DNA of 63,507 bases, counting the filler, from Pelomyxa schiedti (taxonomy: Eukaryota > Protista > Evosea), in assembly GCA_020536535.1 (NCBI GenBank). It is 13 parts of 13 records of this genome, joined end to end, with 100 filler letters (N's around TTAATTAATTAA, not from the genome) between each part and the next. Parts side by side here need not be neighbours in the genome. Positions count along the whole stretch, not along the records: positions 37,257 to 45,533 come from JAHLWZ010000560.1; positions 45,634 to 47,501 come from JAHLWZ010002227.1; 11 more parts are not named here. One strand, given 5' to 3'. A program made the translations under genes and the position numbers. Of the stretch, positions 37,405 through 46,594 are shown piece after piece; within the stretch, counting starts at the first letter, position 1, and every line of letters begins with the position of its first letter. The notes under the pieces were generated by a model, which did no database searches, was not told the origin of the DNA, and saw nothing but the letters and a program-made list of their open reading frames with translations.

Positions 37405-37570
37405 TTTTACTCAAAAAGTGATTGCAGAACAGCTCCGATCTTCAAACCTCACGTGGGAATGTACAGGGGTCTCTGTTGGTTAATGCAACTGGGAACTGTC
37501 CAATGACTGTACTGCCCCACTCATACCACTGTACTTTTTTCTTTTTTTTTGGCCGAAGTCGAGAAAAACA

Positions 37571-39238
37571 ATGCCATCATCGACGTCGCGACCACACAAA
37601 AGGAGACCGTCCACCCTGTTCACCACCATCACAACCACCACCACCAACAACAACGCCCTCCCAAATGACCGACACCAGCAACAACAGCAGCAGGAGTTAC
37701 ATCAACAACAGCCGCAGCGTCATCGTCAACAACAGCAGCAGCATCATCAAATCGGGGGGCTTGTCGCCGTCGCCCCGGCCACACGCACCACCCACACGAC
37801 CACATCCGCCGCCGGCCCCCACGCGCTCACGACCGTCACAACAAAGGTTACCACCACAACGAGGAAGGAGACCGCGAGGGACCAGGTCGCCGCCCTGTGC
37901 GCGGGGCTGCACCCCCGCTGCGGCGCCGCGTGCCCGCTGCGCAGGGTAATGGGGGCAGCTGCAGCAACGGCGGCGACATCGACGGCAACGGCGATCCCGG
38001 TGCGCTGCGTTGGTGATGCGCCCGCGCTGGCTGTGAGGCTGGTGTGGGAGTGGATTGCCGCCAACTCGAGGTTCTACTGTGTCATCTGGGACAGTGACTG
38101 TGGCGACGAGGACGCGCCCTACGTTCCGCCTCTGATGGTCACGTTTGGCGTGTCGATGTTGCTGATGACTCTGACGCACGACGTGAGGTGGTGGGCACAG
38201 AGGTATGGCATGGAACTGCTTGGATCCAGCTTGCACTACCTGATTGTGGAAAAAGGAAGGGGTGTTTTCTTGCTGCAGGACAGGCAAACGGGCAAGAGGA
38301 TACAGCTGGTGAAATTTCCAGATAGTAATGACTATATGTCAGGTACTGTAAGATGTGCAACAAACGGGAGATGGATTGTGTGGTGTGACGGGCATTCCAT
38401 GAAGATGGTTGTGGCTGAGATACCCATGAGGAAAAACGGTGCAACAACCACCGTTAAGAGGCCAACTGTTGTGAAAATTGACCCAAGGTGGAAAATCTGT
38501 ACTCCTCAGTTCGTGGGAGTCATCAACGAAAACCACCTTCTGCTGTGCTGCCGTGATTCATTGTATTGTATCCCCACATTCTTTGAGTTAGTCTTGGTTG
38601 ACCTTGTGGAAACTTTCTCGTCCAAGAGACTTGCTGTGCTGAGTTCAACTGTGCCAAGATTGAGTGACCTTCCTCCATCCTTGGGTCACTTTCAGAGCTT
38701 TGAGAGCTTTGTAAGCAAGAAATATCATGTGTTCAGAAAACAACACCGTGAGGGTGGTGGTGGTTCCCCCAATCACTTGTTGTTTGTCATGGGGCAAAGT
38801 GAAGGCGTCTCTCGTGGTTACTACCACCTCATCACCATTGAGGAGGGAACTGGCAAACTGGGAAGAGCATTCCCAGAGAGCAAGAGAGCAGCCCGTTGGC
38901 GTGTGTCACAGGTGAACCAGTCTCAGTTCTGTGTTATGGATGACGATTCCCACTTCCCTGTGGAAGGCTACTCAGTGTGGGATGTGAATAACCCAGGCAG
39001 CACGCCAGTCAGGAAACAGCAGTGCCTGAGTGGGTGCACCGCGAGTCAGGCATTTGTTGAGGGTGGCCTTCTTTTCCAGATCAGTAAAGCCACTTCTTCC
39101 CGTGGGCGAAAAGAAATACATGTAACAGATGAGGCCACTGGTGCACACGTCATCACCCTCGAGCTGTTTCGTTCTCTTGACAGTATCACATCCCACTTCT
39201 CTTTCTCTCTCCTCTCCGACTCCTCCTCAACACTTTAG
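37571..39238 (+). CDS. HPRCG-family protein (lineage-specific, intronless, 555 aa)
   Basis: Q/T-rich N-terminus, ARDQVAALCAGLHPRCGAACPL, then a beta-rich body (ATNGRWIV, NQSQFCV, VWDVN, VTDEATG). Confidence 0.85.
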   Translation: MPSSTSRPHKRRPSTLFTTITTTTTNNNALPNDRHQQQQQQELHQQQPQRHRQQQQQHHQIGGLVAVAPATRTTHTTTSAAGPHALTTVTTKVTTTTRKETARDQVAALCAGLHPRCGAACPLRRVMGAAAATAATSTATAIPVRCVGDAPALAVRLVWEWIAANSRFYCVIWDSDCGDEDAPYVPPLMVTFGVSMLLMTLTHDVRWWAQRYGMELLGSSLHYLIVEKGRGVFLLQDRQTGKRIQLVKFPDSNDYMSGTVRCATNGRWIVWCDGHSMKMVVAEIPMRKNGATTTVKRPTVVKIDPRWKICTPQFVGVINENHLLLCCRDSLYCIPTFFELVLVDLVETFSSKRLAVLSSTVPRLSDLPPSLGHFQSFESFVSKKYHVFRKQHREGGGGSPNHLLFVMGQSEGVSRGYYHLITIEEGTGKLGRAFPESKRAARWRVSQVNQSQFCVMDDDSHFPVEGYSVWDVNNPGSTPVRKQQCLSGCTASQAFVEGGLLFQISKATSSRGRKEIHVTDEATGAHVITLELFRSLDSITSHFSFSLLSDSSSTL

Positions 39239-39385
39239 TAAGCCTCCAAGAAGATAAAAAGTACGTCCATTTGTTCTGGAACACCGTTGTTTTGTGTTTG
39301 TAGAACAATAACCACCTGGTTTCTTTTTGTTCCCAACTCAACCCCACAACTCAAATTTGCCATGTGTTGCTTTTACAGTGTGGTT

Positions 39386-40078
39386 TTAAAAGATAGCACA
39401 GTGTGGTGGCTCTTGAGAAGTTGTAGCACCATGTGTGGGCATCACACACCTGGCTGCGGCATCAAACACCTCTTTGATGCCCTTTTGTGTGAGTGCTGAG
39501 CACTCCATGTACGTCACAGCGTCTATCTCCTTGGCCTTGGCAACGCCTTGCTCGTACGAGATGACACCATCAGGTGGTGCTGCTGTGGGGACTCTGGCCG
39601 CTGGGTCGTCACGACGCTCAGTCTGCGTGCCAACGAGTATGTACGGAGCCCCTGGGCAGAACTTCTTGATGTCAGGGTGCCACACGTTGCTCACACTCTC
39701 GAAAGATTTTGGGCACGCGACAGAGAACAAGATGAGCAGGACCGCCGTGTCCACGTAATTCTGTTCCTTCTGATGAAATCGAATTGCGTGGTGAACTTCA
39801 ACAAGAAGAACTACAACAAAAAAAAACCAAAAAAGAGCGCACGCGCACACCAATCGGGGGTACTCTTCTGTACCAGATGTGTCCCTCAACATGAGTCTGA
39901 CAGGGGTGCCATCGACGTCAACCGTTGCGTCGCGGTCGGTAAAGACTGTTTCACTGGCTGCTCCTGTGCCTGTCTTGTTTACGTAGGCGAGCAACACGTC
40001 GGTCTTGTTGGCCTCACCGTCGCCGATAACCAGAAGTTTGTGGAGGGGCAGACGACCCAACTCTTTCGGTTTCAGCAT
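39386..40078 (-). CDS. Atypical Rho/Rac-family GTPase with CAAX box
   Basis: Aligns with Rac: KLLVIGDG, TVF, VDGTPV.L.L.DTSG.EEY.RL, YMECSALTQKG, C-terminal CAIF. One 81-nt intron at 39770-39850. Confidence 0.88.
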   Translation of the reverse strand: MLKPKELGRLPLHKLLVIGDGEANKTDVLLAYVNKTGTGAASETVFTDRDATVDVDGTPVRLMLRDTSGTEEYPRLVCACALFWFFFVVVLLVEVHHAIRFHQKEQNYVDTAVLLILFSVACPKSFESVSNVWHPDIKKFCPGAPYILVGTQTERRDDPAARVPTAAPPDGVISYEQGVAKAKEIDAVTYMECSALTQKGIKEVFDAAARCVMPTHGATTSQEPPHCAIF

Positions 40079-40324
40079 CGCTGTTACTTGTTACTTTTTG
40101 AGGGATTTTTGTGTTAACGCCTTCTTCATCACCCCGAAATTCTCAACTTGCAGGAGATCTTGATTATTCCAACCGAACGGGTTACTTCACTCATTCACTG
40201 GTCACAGTCCCTCCAATCCATCCGGTGACTGATTCCAGACGAAGAGGTGCTGCTTTTTTCGACTGTGATCGATTCTTTGTTAAACTGATACCCTTCCCGA
40301 AATACCATCTAGGTAACTCGCAGA

Positions 40325-41881
40325 ATGCAACAACCCACCCTGTTCCAACACATCGACATCCTCCCAAACGACAAACAGCGACGGCCACAACAACAACGTC
40401 GACAACAAGTGGGAGGACTGGTTACGGTGGCCCCCGTGTCGCGCACCACGACCACCACCAAAACGGTGGCACCACTCCCCGGCGCCGACTCCCTCACCAC
40501 CGTGACCACCGAGGTCACCACCAAAGTGACCACCACAACGAGGAAGGCGACCGCGAGGGACCAAGTCGCCGCCCTGTGCGCGGGGCTGCACCCCCGCTGC
40601 GGCGCCGCGTGCCCGCTGGTGACGAGGGTAATGGGGGCAGCTGCAGCAACGGCGACGAATTGTGGGACGGCAGTCGCAGTCGCAGTCGACGCCACGCTGG
40701 CTTTGAGGCTGGTGTGGGAGTGGATCCGCGAAAACTCGCGGTTCTACTGTTTCGCTTTGAAGTGTTATGACGAGCCACACTGCTTCCCACCGCTGATGGT
40801 GACGTTTGGCGTCTCGATGTTGCTGATGACGCTGACGCACGACATGAGGTGGTGGGCAGAGAGGAGCGACGAGATCCTGCTTGCCGCGGGCCTGTACCAT
40901 CTGGTGGTGTACGATGGAAGTGCTTTATTGTTGCAGGACAGGGAAACAGGCAAGAGAATACGGCTGCTCAAATACTCTGGCAAGAGCGTATGGCTGCTCA
41001 AATACTCTCACACTAATTTTCCTGACAATTTTGCAACAAACGGGAGATGGATTGTGTGTTGCGACCTAATGAGAATGGTTGTGGCTGCGTTACCAATGAG
41101 GAAAAACGCAAATGGTGGTGGTTGTGACACCACCATTAAGAGGCCAACTGTTGTGAAACTTGACCCAAGGTGGAAAATCTGTATTCCTCAGTTCGTGGGA
41201 ATCATCAATGAGAACCACGTTTTGCTGTGCTGCCATGATGCCTCTGATTACTTTTTTTTTACGTTCTTTGAGTTCGTCCTTGTTGACCTTGTGGAAACTT
41301 GTTCGTCCAAGAGACTTGCTGTGCTGAGTTCAACTGTTCCAAGATTGAGTGACATTGCTCCACCCTTGCATTGCTTTGCAGGAAAGACGTATCATGTGTT
41401 CAGAAGAAAGAATGGTGGCGGCAGTGGCTCCAATCACGTGTTTGTGATGAGGGAATGTACATCTGTCTCTCGTGGTTACTGTAACTTTGCAGTTGAGGAG
41501 GGAACTGGCAAAGTTGGAAGAGCATTCCCAGAGAGCAGGAGATCCACCAAGCGTGTGTCACAGGTGAACCAGTCTCAGTTCTGTGTCATGGATGATTACA
41601 GTGACAGTGACAGTTCTGACGACTTCCACTATTCAGTGTGGGATGTGAATAACACAGATGGCATGGCCAAACCAGCCAGGAAACGGCAGTGCCTGAGTGG
41701 GTGCCCAACGAGGCAGGCTTTTGTTGAGGGTGGCCTGCTGTTCCAGATTAGTGAAGCTGCACGTTATGTGCGAAAAGAAATACATGTCACAGATGAGTCC
41801 ACTGGTGCACACGTCATCACCCTCAAGCTGTTTGGTTCCCTTCACAGAATCACATCCCACTTCTCTTTCTCTCTCCTCTAA
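40325..41881 (+). CDS. HPRCG-family protein (518 aa)
   Basis: Paralog of the 37571 gene with the same motifs. Confidence 0.85.
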   Translation: MQQPTLFQHIDILPNDKQRRPQQQRRQQVGGLVTVAPVSRTTTTTKTVAPLPGADSLTTVTTEVTTKVTTTTRKATARDQVAALCAGLHPRCGAACPLVTRVMGAAAATATNCGTAVAVAVDATLALRLVWEWIRENSRFYCFALKCYDEPHCFPPLMVTFGVSMLLMTLTHDMRWWAERSDEILLAAGLYHLVVYDGSALLLQDRETGKRIRLLKYSGKSVWLLKYSHTNFPDNFATNGRWIVCCDLMRMVVAALPMRKNANGGGCDTTIKRPTVVKLDPRWKICIPQFVGIINENHVLLCCHDASDYFFFTFFEFVLVDLVETCSSKRLAVLSSTVPRLSDIAPPLHCFAGKTYHVFRRKNGGGSGSNHVFVMRECTSVSRGYCNFAVEEGTGKVGRAFPESRRSTKRVSQVNQSQFCVMDDYSDSDSSDDFHYSVWDVNNTDGMAKPARKRQCLSGCPTRQAFVEGGLLFQISEAARYVRKEIHVTDESTGAHVITLKLFGSLHRITSHFSFSLL

Positions 41882-42398
41882 AACCCAAGAGAATGTTTGC
41901 AATCAGTTATCTTGGCTTTGAGAAAAAAATTGTCCCAGAATCATCAATCAAAGCTTGTTTATGATTAGTATTTGAATGGTTGTGCACCATACAACCCTCC
42001 TCCGTGATCAAAACCAACTTTTTCTCAGTCAGAGTTGTGTGTTTTTTTGTAAAAAAAAAACAAAAAAGTTCAATTTCCAATGTGGAAATCCCTCATATCC
42101 ATCGACATCTTCACTTGCATACCTTCATGCAGCTTAATAACAGAAACACATTAAAATGGTTACCAAACCTCATTGTATCCACGTTTGGTTGTTGGCAAAA
42201 ATGAGGGATTTTTGAATTAACGCCTTCTTCATCACTCCGAAATTTCTCAAATTGCAGGAGATCTTGATTATTCCAACCAAACGGGTTACCTCACTCCTTC
42301 ACTAGTAACAGTCCCTCCAATCCATCCAGTGACTGATTCCAGCCGAAAAAGCAGGAGGTGCTGCTTTTTTCGACTGTGAGCGATTCTTTGAGAGACTG

Positions 42399-43862
42399 AT
42401 GCACAAGCGACGGCCACAACAACAACGTCGACAACAAGTGGGAGGACTGGTTACGGTGGCCCCCGTGTCGCGCACCACGACCACCACCAAAACGGTGGCA
42501 CCACTCCCCGGCGCCGACGCCCTCACCACCGTGACCACCGAGGTCACCACCAAAGTGACCACCACAACGAGGAAGGAGACCGCGAGGGACCAGGTCGCCG
42601 CCCTGTGCGCGGGGCTGCACCCCCGCTGCGGCGCCGCGTGCCCGCTGGTGACGAGGGTAATGGCGACGAATTGTGGGATGGCGGCGGCCGACGCCACGCT
42701 GGCTGTGAGGCTGGTGTGGGAGTGGATCCGCGAAAACTCGCGGTTCTACTGTGTCACCTTGGAGTGTTATGACGAGCCACACTGCTTTCCACCGCTGATG
42801 GTGACGTTTGGCGTCTCGATGTTGCTGATGACGCTGACGCACGACATGAGGTGGTGGGCAGAGAGGAGCGACGAGATCCTGCTTGGCGCCAGCCTTCACC
42901 ACCTGGTGGTGTACGACGGAAGTGCTTTATTGTTGCAGGACAGGGAAACAGGCAAGAGAATACGGCTGCTCAAATACCCTGGCAATGATTTTCCTGACAA
43001 TTTTGCAACAAACGGGAGATGGATTGTGTGTTGCAACACTGACCTCATGAGAATGGTCGTGGCTGAGTTGCCAATGAGGAAAAACGCAAATGGTTGTGGT
43101 GCAACCACCACCACAACCATTAAGAGGCCAACTGTTGTGAAACTTGACCCAAGGTGGAAGGTCTGTATTCCTCAGTTCGTGGGAATCATCAACGAGAACC
43201 ACGTTTTGCTGTGCTGCCAGGATGCCTCTGGTTACGATCTTTTTACATTCTTTGAGTTCACCCTTGTTGACCTTGCGGAAACTTGTTTGTCCAAGAGACT
43301 TGCCGTGCTGAGTTCAACTGTTCCAAGACTGAGCGACATTCATCCACCCTTGCATCTCTATGGCTTTGTGGGAAAGACGTATCATGTGTTCAGAAGAAAG
43401 AATGGTGGTGGCTCCAATCACGTGTTTGTCATGAGGGAATGTACATCTGTCTCCGTTGGTTATTGCAACTTTGCAGTTGAGGAGGGAACTGGCAAAGTTG
43501 GAAGAGCATTCCCAGAGAGCAGGAGATCCACCAAGCGTGTGTCACAAGTGAACCAGTCACAGTTCTGTGTCATGGATGATTACAGTGATAGTGACAGTGG
43601 CTGTTCCGACGAGTTCTGCTATTCAGTGTGGGATGTGAATAACACGGGCAAACCAGTCAGGAAACGGCAGTGCCTGAGTGGGTGCCCAACGAGTCAGGCT
43701 TTTGTTGAGGGTGGCCTCCTTTTCCAGATCAGTCAAGCTGCACGTTACGTGCGAAAAGAAATACACGTGACAGATGAGTCCACTGGTGCACACGTCATCA
43801 CCCTCGAGCTGTTTGGTTCCCTTCACAGAATCTCTTCCCACTTCTCTTTCTCTCTCCTCTAA
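42399..43862 (+). CDS. HPRCG-family protein (487 aa)
   Basis: Close tandem paralog of the 40325 gene. Upstream 42205-42390 repeats 40100-40280. Confidence 0.85.
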   Translation: MHKRRPQQQRRQQVGGLVTVAPVSRTTTTTKTVAPLPGADALTTVTTEVTTKVTTTTRKETARDQVAALCAGLHPRCGAACPLVTRVMATNCGMAAADATLAVRLVWEWIRENSRFYCVTLECYDEPHCFPPLMVTFGVSMLLMTLTHDMRWWAERSDEILLGASLHHLVVYDGSALLLQDRETGKRIRLLKYPGNDFPDNFATNGRWIVCCNTDLMRMVVAELPMRKNANGCGATTTTTIKRPTVVKLDPRWKVCIPQFVGIINENHVLLCCQDASGYDLFTFFEFTLVDLAETCLSKRLAVLSSTVPRLSDIHPPLHLYGFVGKTYHVFRRKNGGGSNHVFVMRECTSVSVGYCNFAVEEGTGKVGRAFPESRRSTKRVSQVNQSQFCVMDDYSDSDSGCSDEFCYSVWDVNNTGKPVRKRQCLSGCPTSQAFVEGGLLFQISQAARYVRKEIHVTDESTGAHVITLELFGSLHRISSHFSFSLL

Positions 43863-44281
43863 AGCCCAAGAGAATCTTTCGACCCGAATTCACATCAGCT
43901 GATACGAATCAACGCCGTTTTGGTCGTTATCTTGCCCTTCCGTCGCGCTAGTTGTGGACGAGACGCCCCCGTGTACACACTACCAATGTGGGGTTGCGTT
44001 GTGTCAACAATCGACACGTACTACAGACATCCAAGATGCGTATCATACGAGCCGACAGACAGTTTGGTGGCCTCTCTTGGAGTAAAAAACCCAGTACTTC
44101 CATCAACAAAAGCACTGTGACACACGACCTTCAAGAACCTCCCGAAGTGTTTTTGATGGGTTTTCATCATTTTGTTTTTTCTTTCAAGCAGAGTGAGGGT
44201 GGTTCGACGGCGGTTACTTGGGTGGTAGCTTTTCAAAAAGGTTTCCATTGTATTGAGTTTTCCTCTTGCATGCTTGAGTGA

Positions 44282-44731
44282 TCACATCAGAGGAACAACT
44301 GTTGCTTCCGCAGGATTGGAGCACGACAGAACGGGCACTTCCTCACACTTGATGCACACTGTATTTTGTGTTGTGTTAGATGACAAACATGTTACATGTG
44401 ATCTCTCTACCTCATAACAGACACTGTGTTCACAAGGATGGAACCTGATGCTACATGGCCTCTCATCACATTCCGTGCACACAATGCACTCAAAGTTGCT
44501 GCTGGTTCCTGCTGTTGAGAAAGGAGGAGGAGCCCCCTGCTGTTGTGACCATGTCCCTTTGGAACCGTACTTCAGGAATGTGAAGTTCACCAGCAAGTGT
44601 TGAGCACGAGGGATCAACTGGGAGAGCTGAGACCACACGTAAGGGTGTGACATGAACTGCTCGTCACCCTCAAGCCCTCGCATCACCATGTACTTGCGTT
44701 TGTATGCCTCTTTGAGATCCCTGCATTTTGC
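44282..44731 (-). CDS. RING-finger-like protein, 3' fragment
   Basis: CTECDERPCSIRFHPCEHSVC...CIKC. Confidence 0.55.
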   Translation of the reverse strand, partial: AKCRDLKEAYKRKYMVMRGLEGDEQFMSHPYVWSQLSQLIPRAQHLLVNFTFLKYGSKGTWSQQQGAPPPFSTAGTSSNFECIVCTECDERPCSIRFHPCEHSVCYEVERSHVTCLSSNTTQNTVCIKCEEVPVLSCSNPAEATVVPLM

Positions 44732-44831
44732 NNNNNNNNNNNNNNNNNNNNNNNNNNNNNNNNNNNNNNNNNNNNNNNNNNNNNNNNNNNNNNNNNNNNN
44801 NNNNNNNNNNNNNNNNNNNNNNNNNNNNNNN

Positions 44832-45066
44832 CGCACACCAATCGGGGGTACTCTTCTGTACCAGATGTGTCCCTCAACATGAGTCTGACAGGGGTGCCAT
44901 CGACGTCAACCGTTGCGTCGCGGTCGGTAAAGACTGTTTCACTGGCTGCTCCGGTGCCTGTCTTGTTTACGTAGGCGAGCAACACGTCGGTCTTGTTGGC
45001 CTCACCGTCACCGATAACCAGAAGTTTGTGGAGGGGCAGACGAGCCAACTCTTTCGGTTTCAGCAT
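44832..45066 (-). CDS. Second copy of the atypical Rho GTPase, exon 1
   Basis: Near-identical to 39843-40078 (ELARLP versus ELGRLP). Confidence 0.85.
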
Positions 45067-45307
45067 CGCTGTTACTTGTTACTTTTTGAGGGATTTTTGT
45101 GTTAACGCCTTCTTCATCACCCCCGAAATTTCTCAAGTTGCAGGAGATCTTGATTATTCCAACCGAACGTTCGGGTTACTTCACTCATTCACTGGTCACA
45201 GTACCTCCAATCCATCCAGTGACTGATTCAGCCGAAGAGGTGCTGCTTTTTTCGACTGTGATCAGAATCTATACACATCCCGAAATACCATCTACGTAAC
45301 TCGAAGA

Positions 45308-45533
45308 ATGCAACAACCCACCCTGTTCCAACACATCGACATCCTCCAAAATGACAAACAGCGACGGCCACAACAACAACGTCGACAACAGGTCGGAGGA
45401 CTGGTCACGGTCGCCCCCGTGTCGCGCACCACGACCACCACCAAAACGGTGGCACCACTCCCCGGCGCCGACGCCCTCACCACCGTGACCACCGAGGTCA
45501 CCACCAAAGTGACCACCACAACGAGGAAGGAGA
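45308..45533 (+). CDS. HPRCG-family gene, 5' fragment
   Basis: Near-identical to the start of the 40325 gene. Cut by the contig end. Confidence 0.8.
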
Positions 45534-45634
45534 NNNNNNNNNNNNNNNNNNNNNNNNNNNNNNNNNNNNNNNNNNNNTTAATTAATTAANNNNNNNNNNN
45601 NNNNNNNNNNNNNNNNNNNNNNNNNNNNNNNNNC

Positions 45635-46594
45635 CGCTGAGCTGTTGGTGGTGGTGATGGAGGAGGAGGAGGACGATGTAGTCGTCTGTGGCGGAGCAGG
45701 AGCAGGTGGCTCTGCTGCTGCCACAGCGGGAGCACAGTGGGGATGCGAGGCGGTGCTGGGATTGATGGTGCTGCCGGCTCCTGGACTGCTGTTGCCTGTA
45801 TTGCTGCCACTGTTGCTTTTGATGGGGCGGGGGCCAGTTATCACTGAGGCGGCGTCATCATCTGCTGCTGGGGACCATGGGGATGCTGCTGGTGGGGGCG
45901 TGGGGGAGCCTGCTGAGAATCGGGCGGCTGCAGCGACGCGAGCCGCGCGAGATCTGCCTCGGTCGGCAGATACAGGCCGAGTGGCGTAGGAAACTTCCCC
46001 CAGGGATCTGGGATCATCGGCGAGAAGGTGATGCCAGAGATGCCTCTGTACGCATCATCGGTCCGACATTTCTCCAGAGTTCGCCAAAGGGCGTCCAGCG
46101 TACGGAATTTAGCAAAGAAATACCTCTGGCCTCCATCCTTATCAGTCGTTGTGCCTCCATGATTATCCACGGATCTGCCAGTGGTGTGTTTGAAAAAAAA
46201 AGAACTACACCCTAACACATACACAGCGTCACGATAGGGAAGAAGCTTTTGATCTCTCCCTTGGTCTTGTGTTGCCCAATCGGAAAGCGAACGGCATAGA
46301 GGTACCGCGGCGGCTCCATGCTGTGGTATTTTTCCGCTGCTGTAATCCAAATGCAAATCCAATATCCAGCAGCTCTCTTTTTTCTCTGCAAGTCGATATC
46401 AGAATACCAGAGAGAAAACAGAAAAACCTTGGGTGGTCCCAGACAAGGGAGCTTGCTTTGATTGGTGAGGTGTGGTTCTGTGCACAAGCCACACCTCACC
46501 ATCTCATCAGGTTGTCGTGTGCACCGAACAACCGTTACACTGTTTGTGTATTGGCGATTCTCCCCATAGACAAACACTCAAGATCCGATGTACT
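45635..46594 (-). CDS. Hypothetical protein (multi-exon, Q/P-rich tail)
   Basis: Open frame 45841-46362 with adjoining segments. No known domain. Confidence 0.35.
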
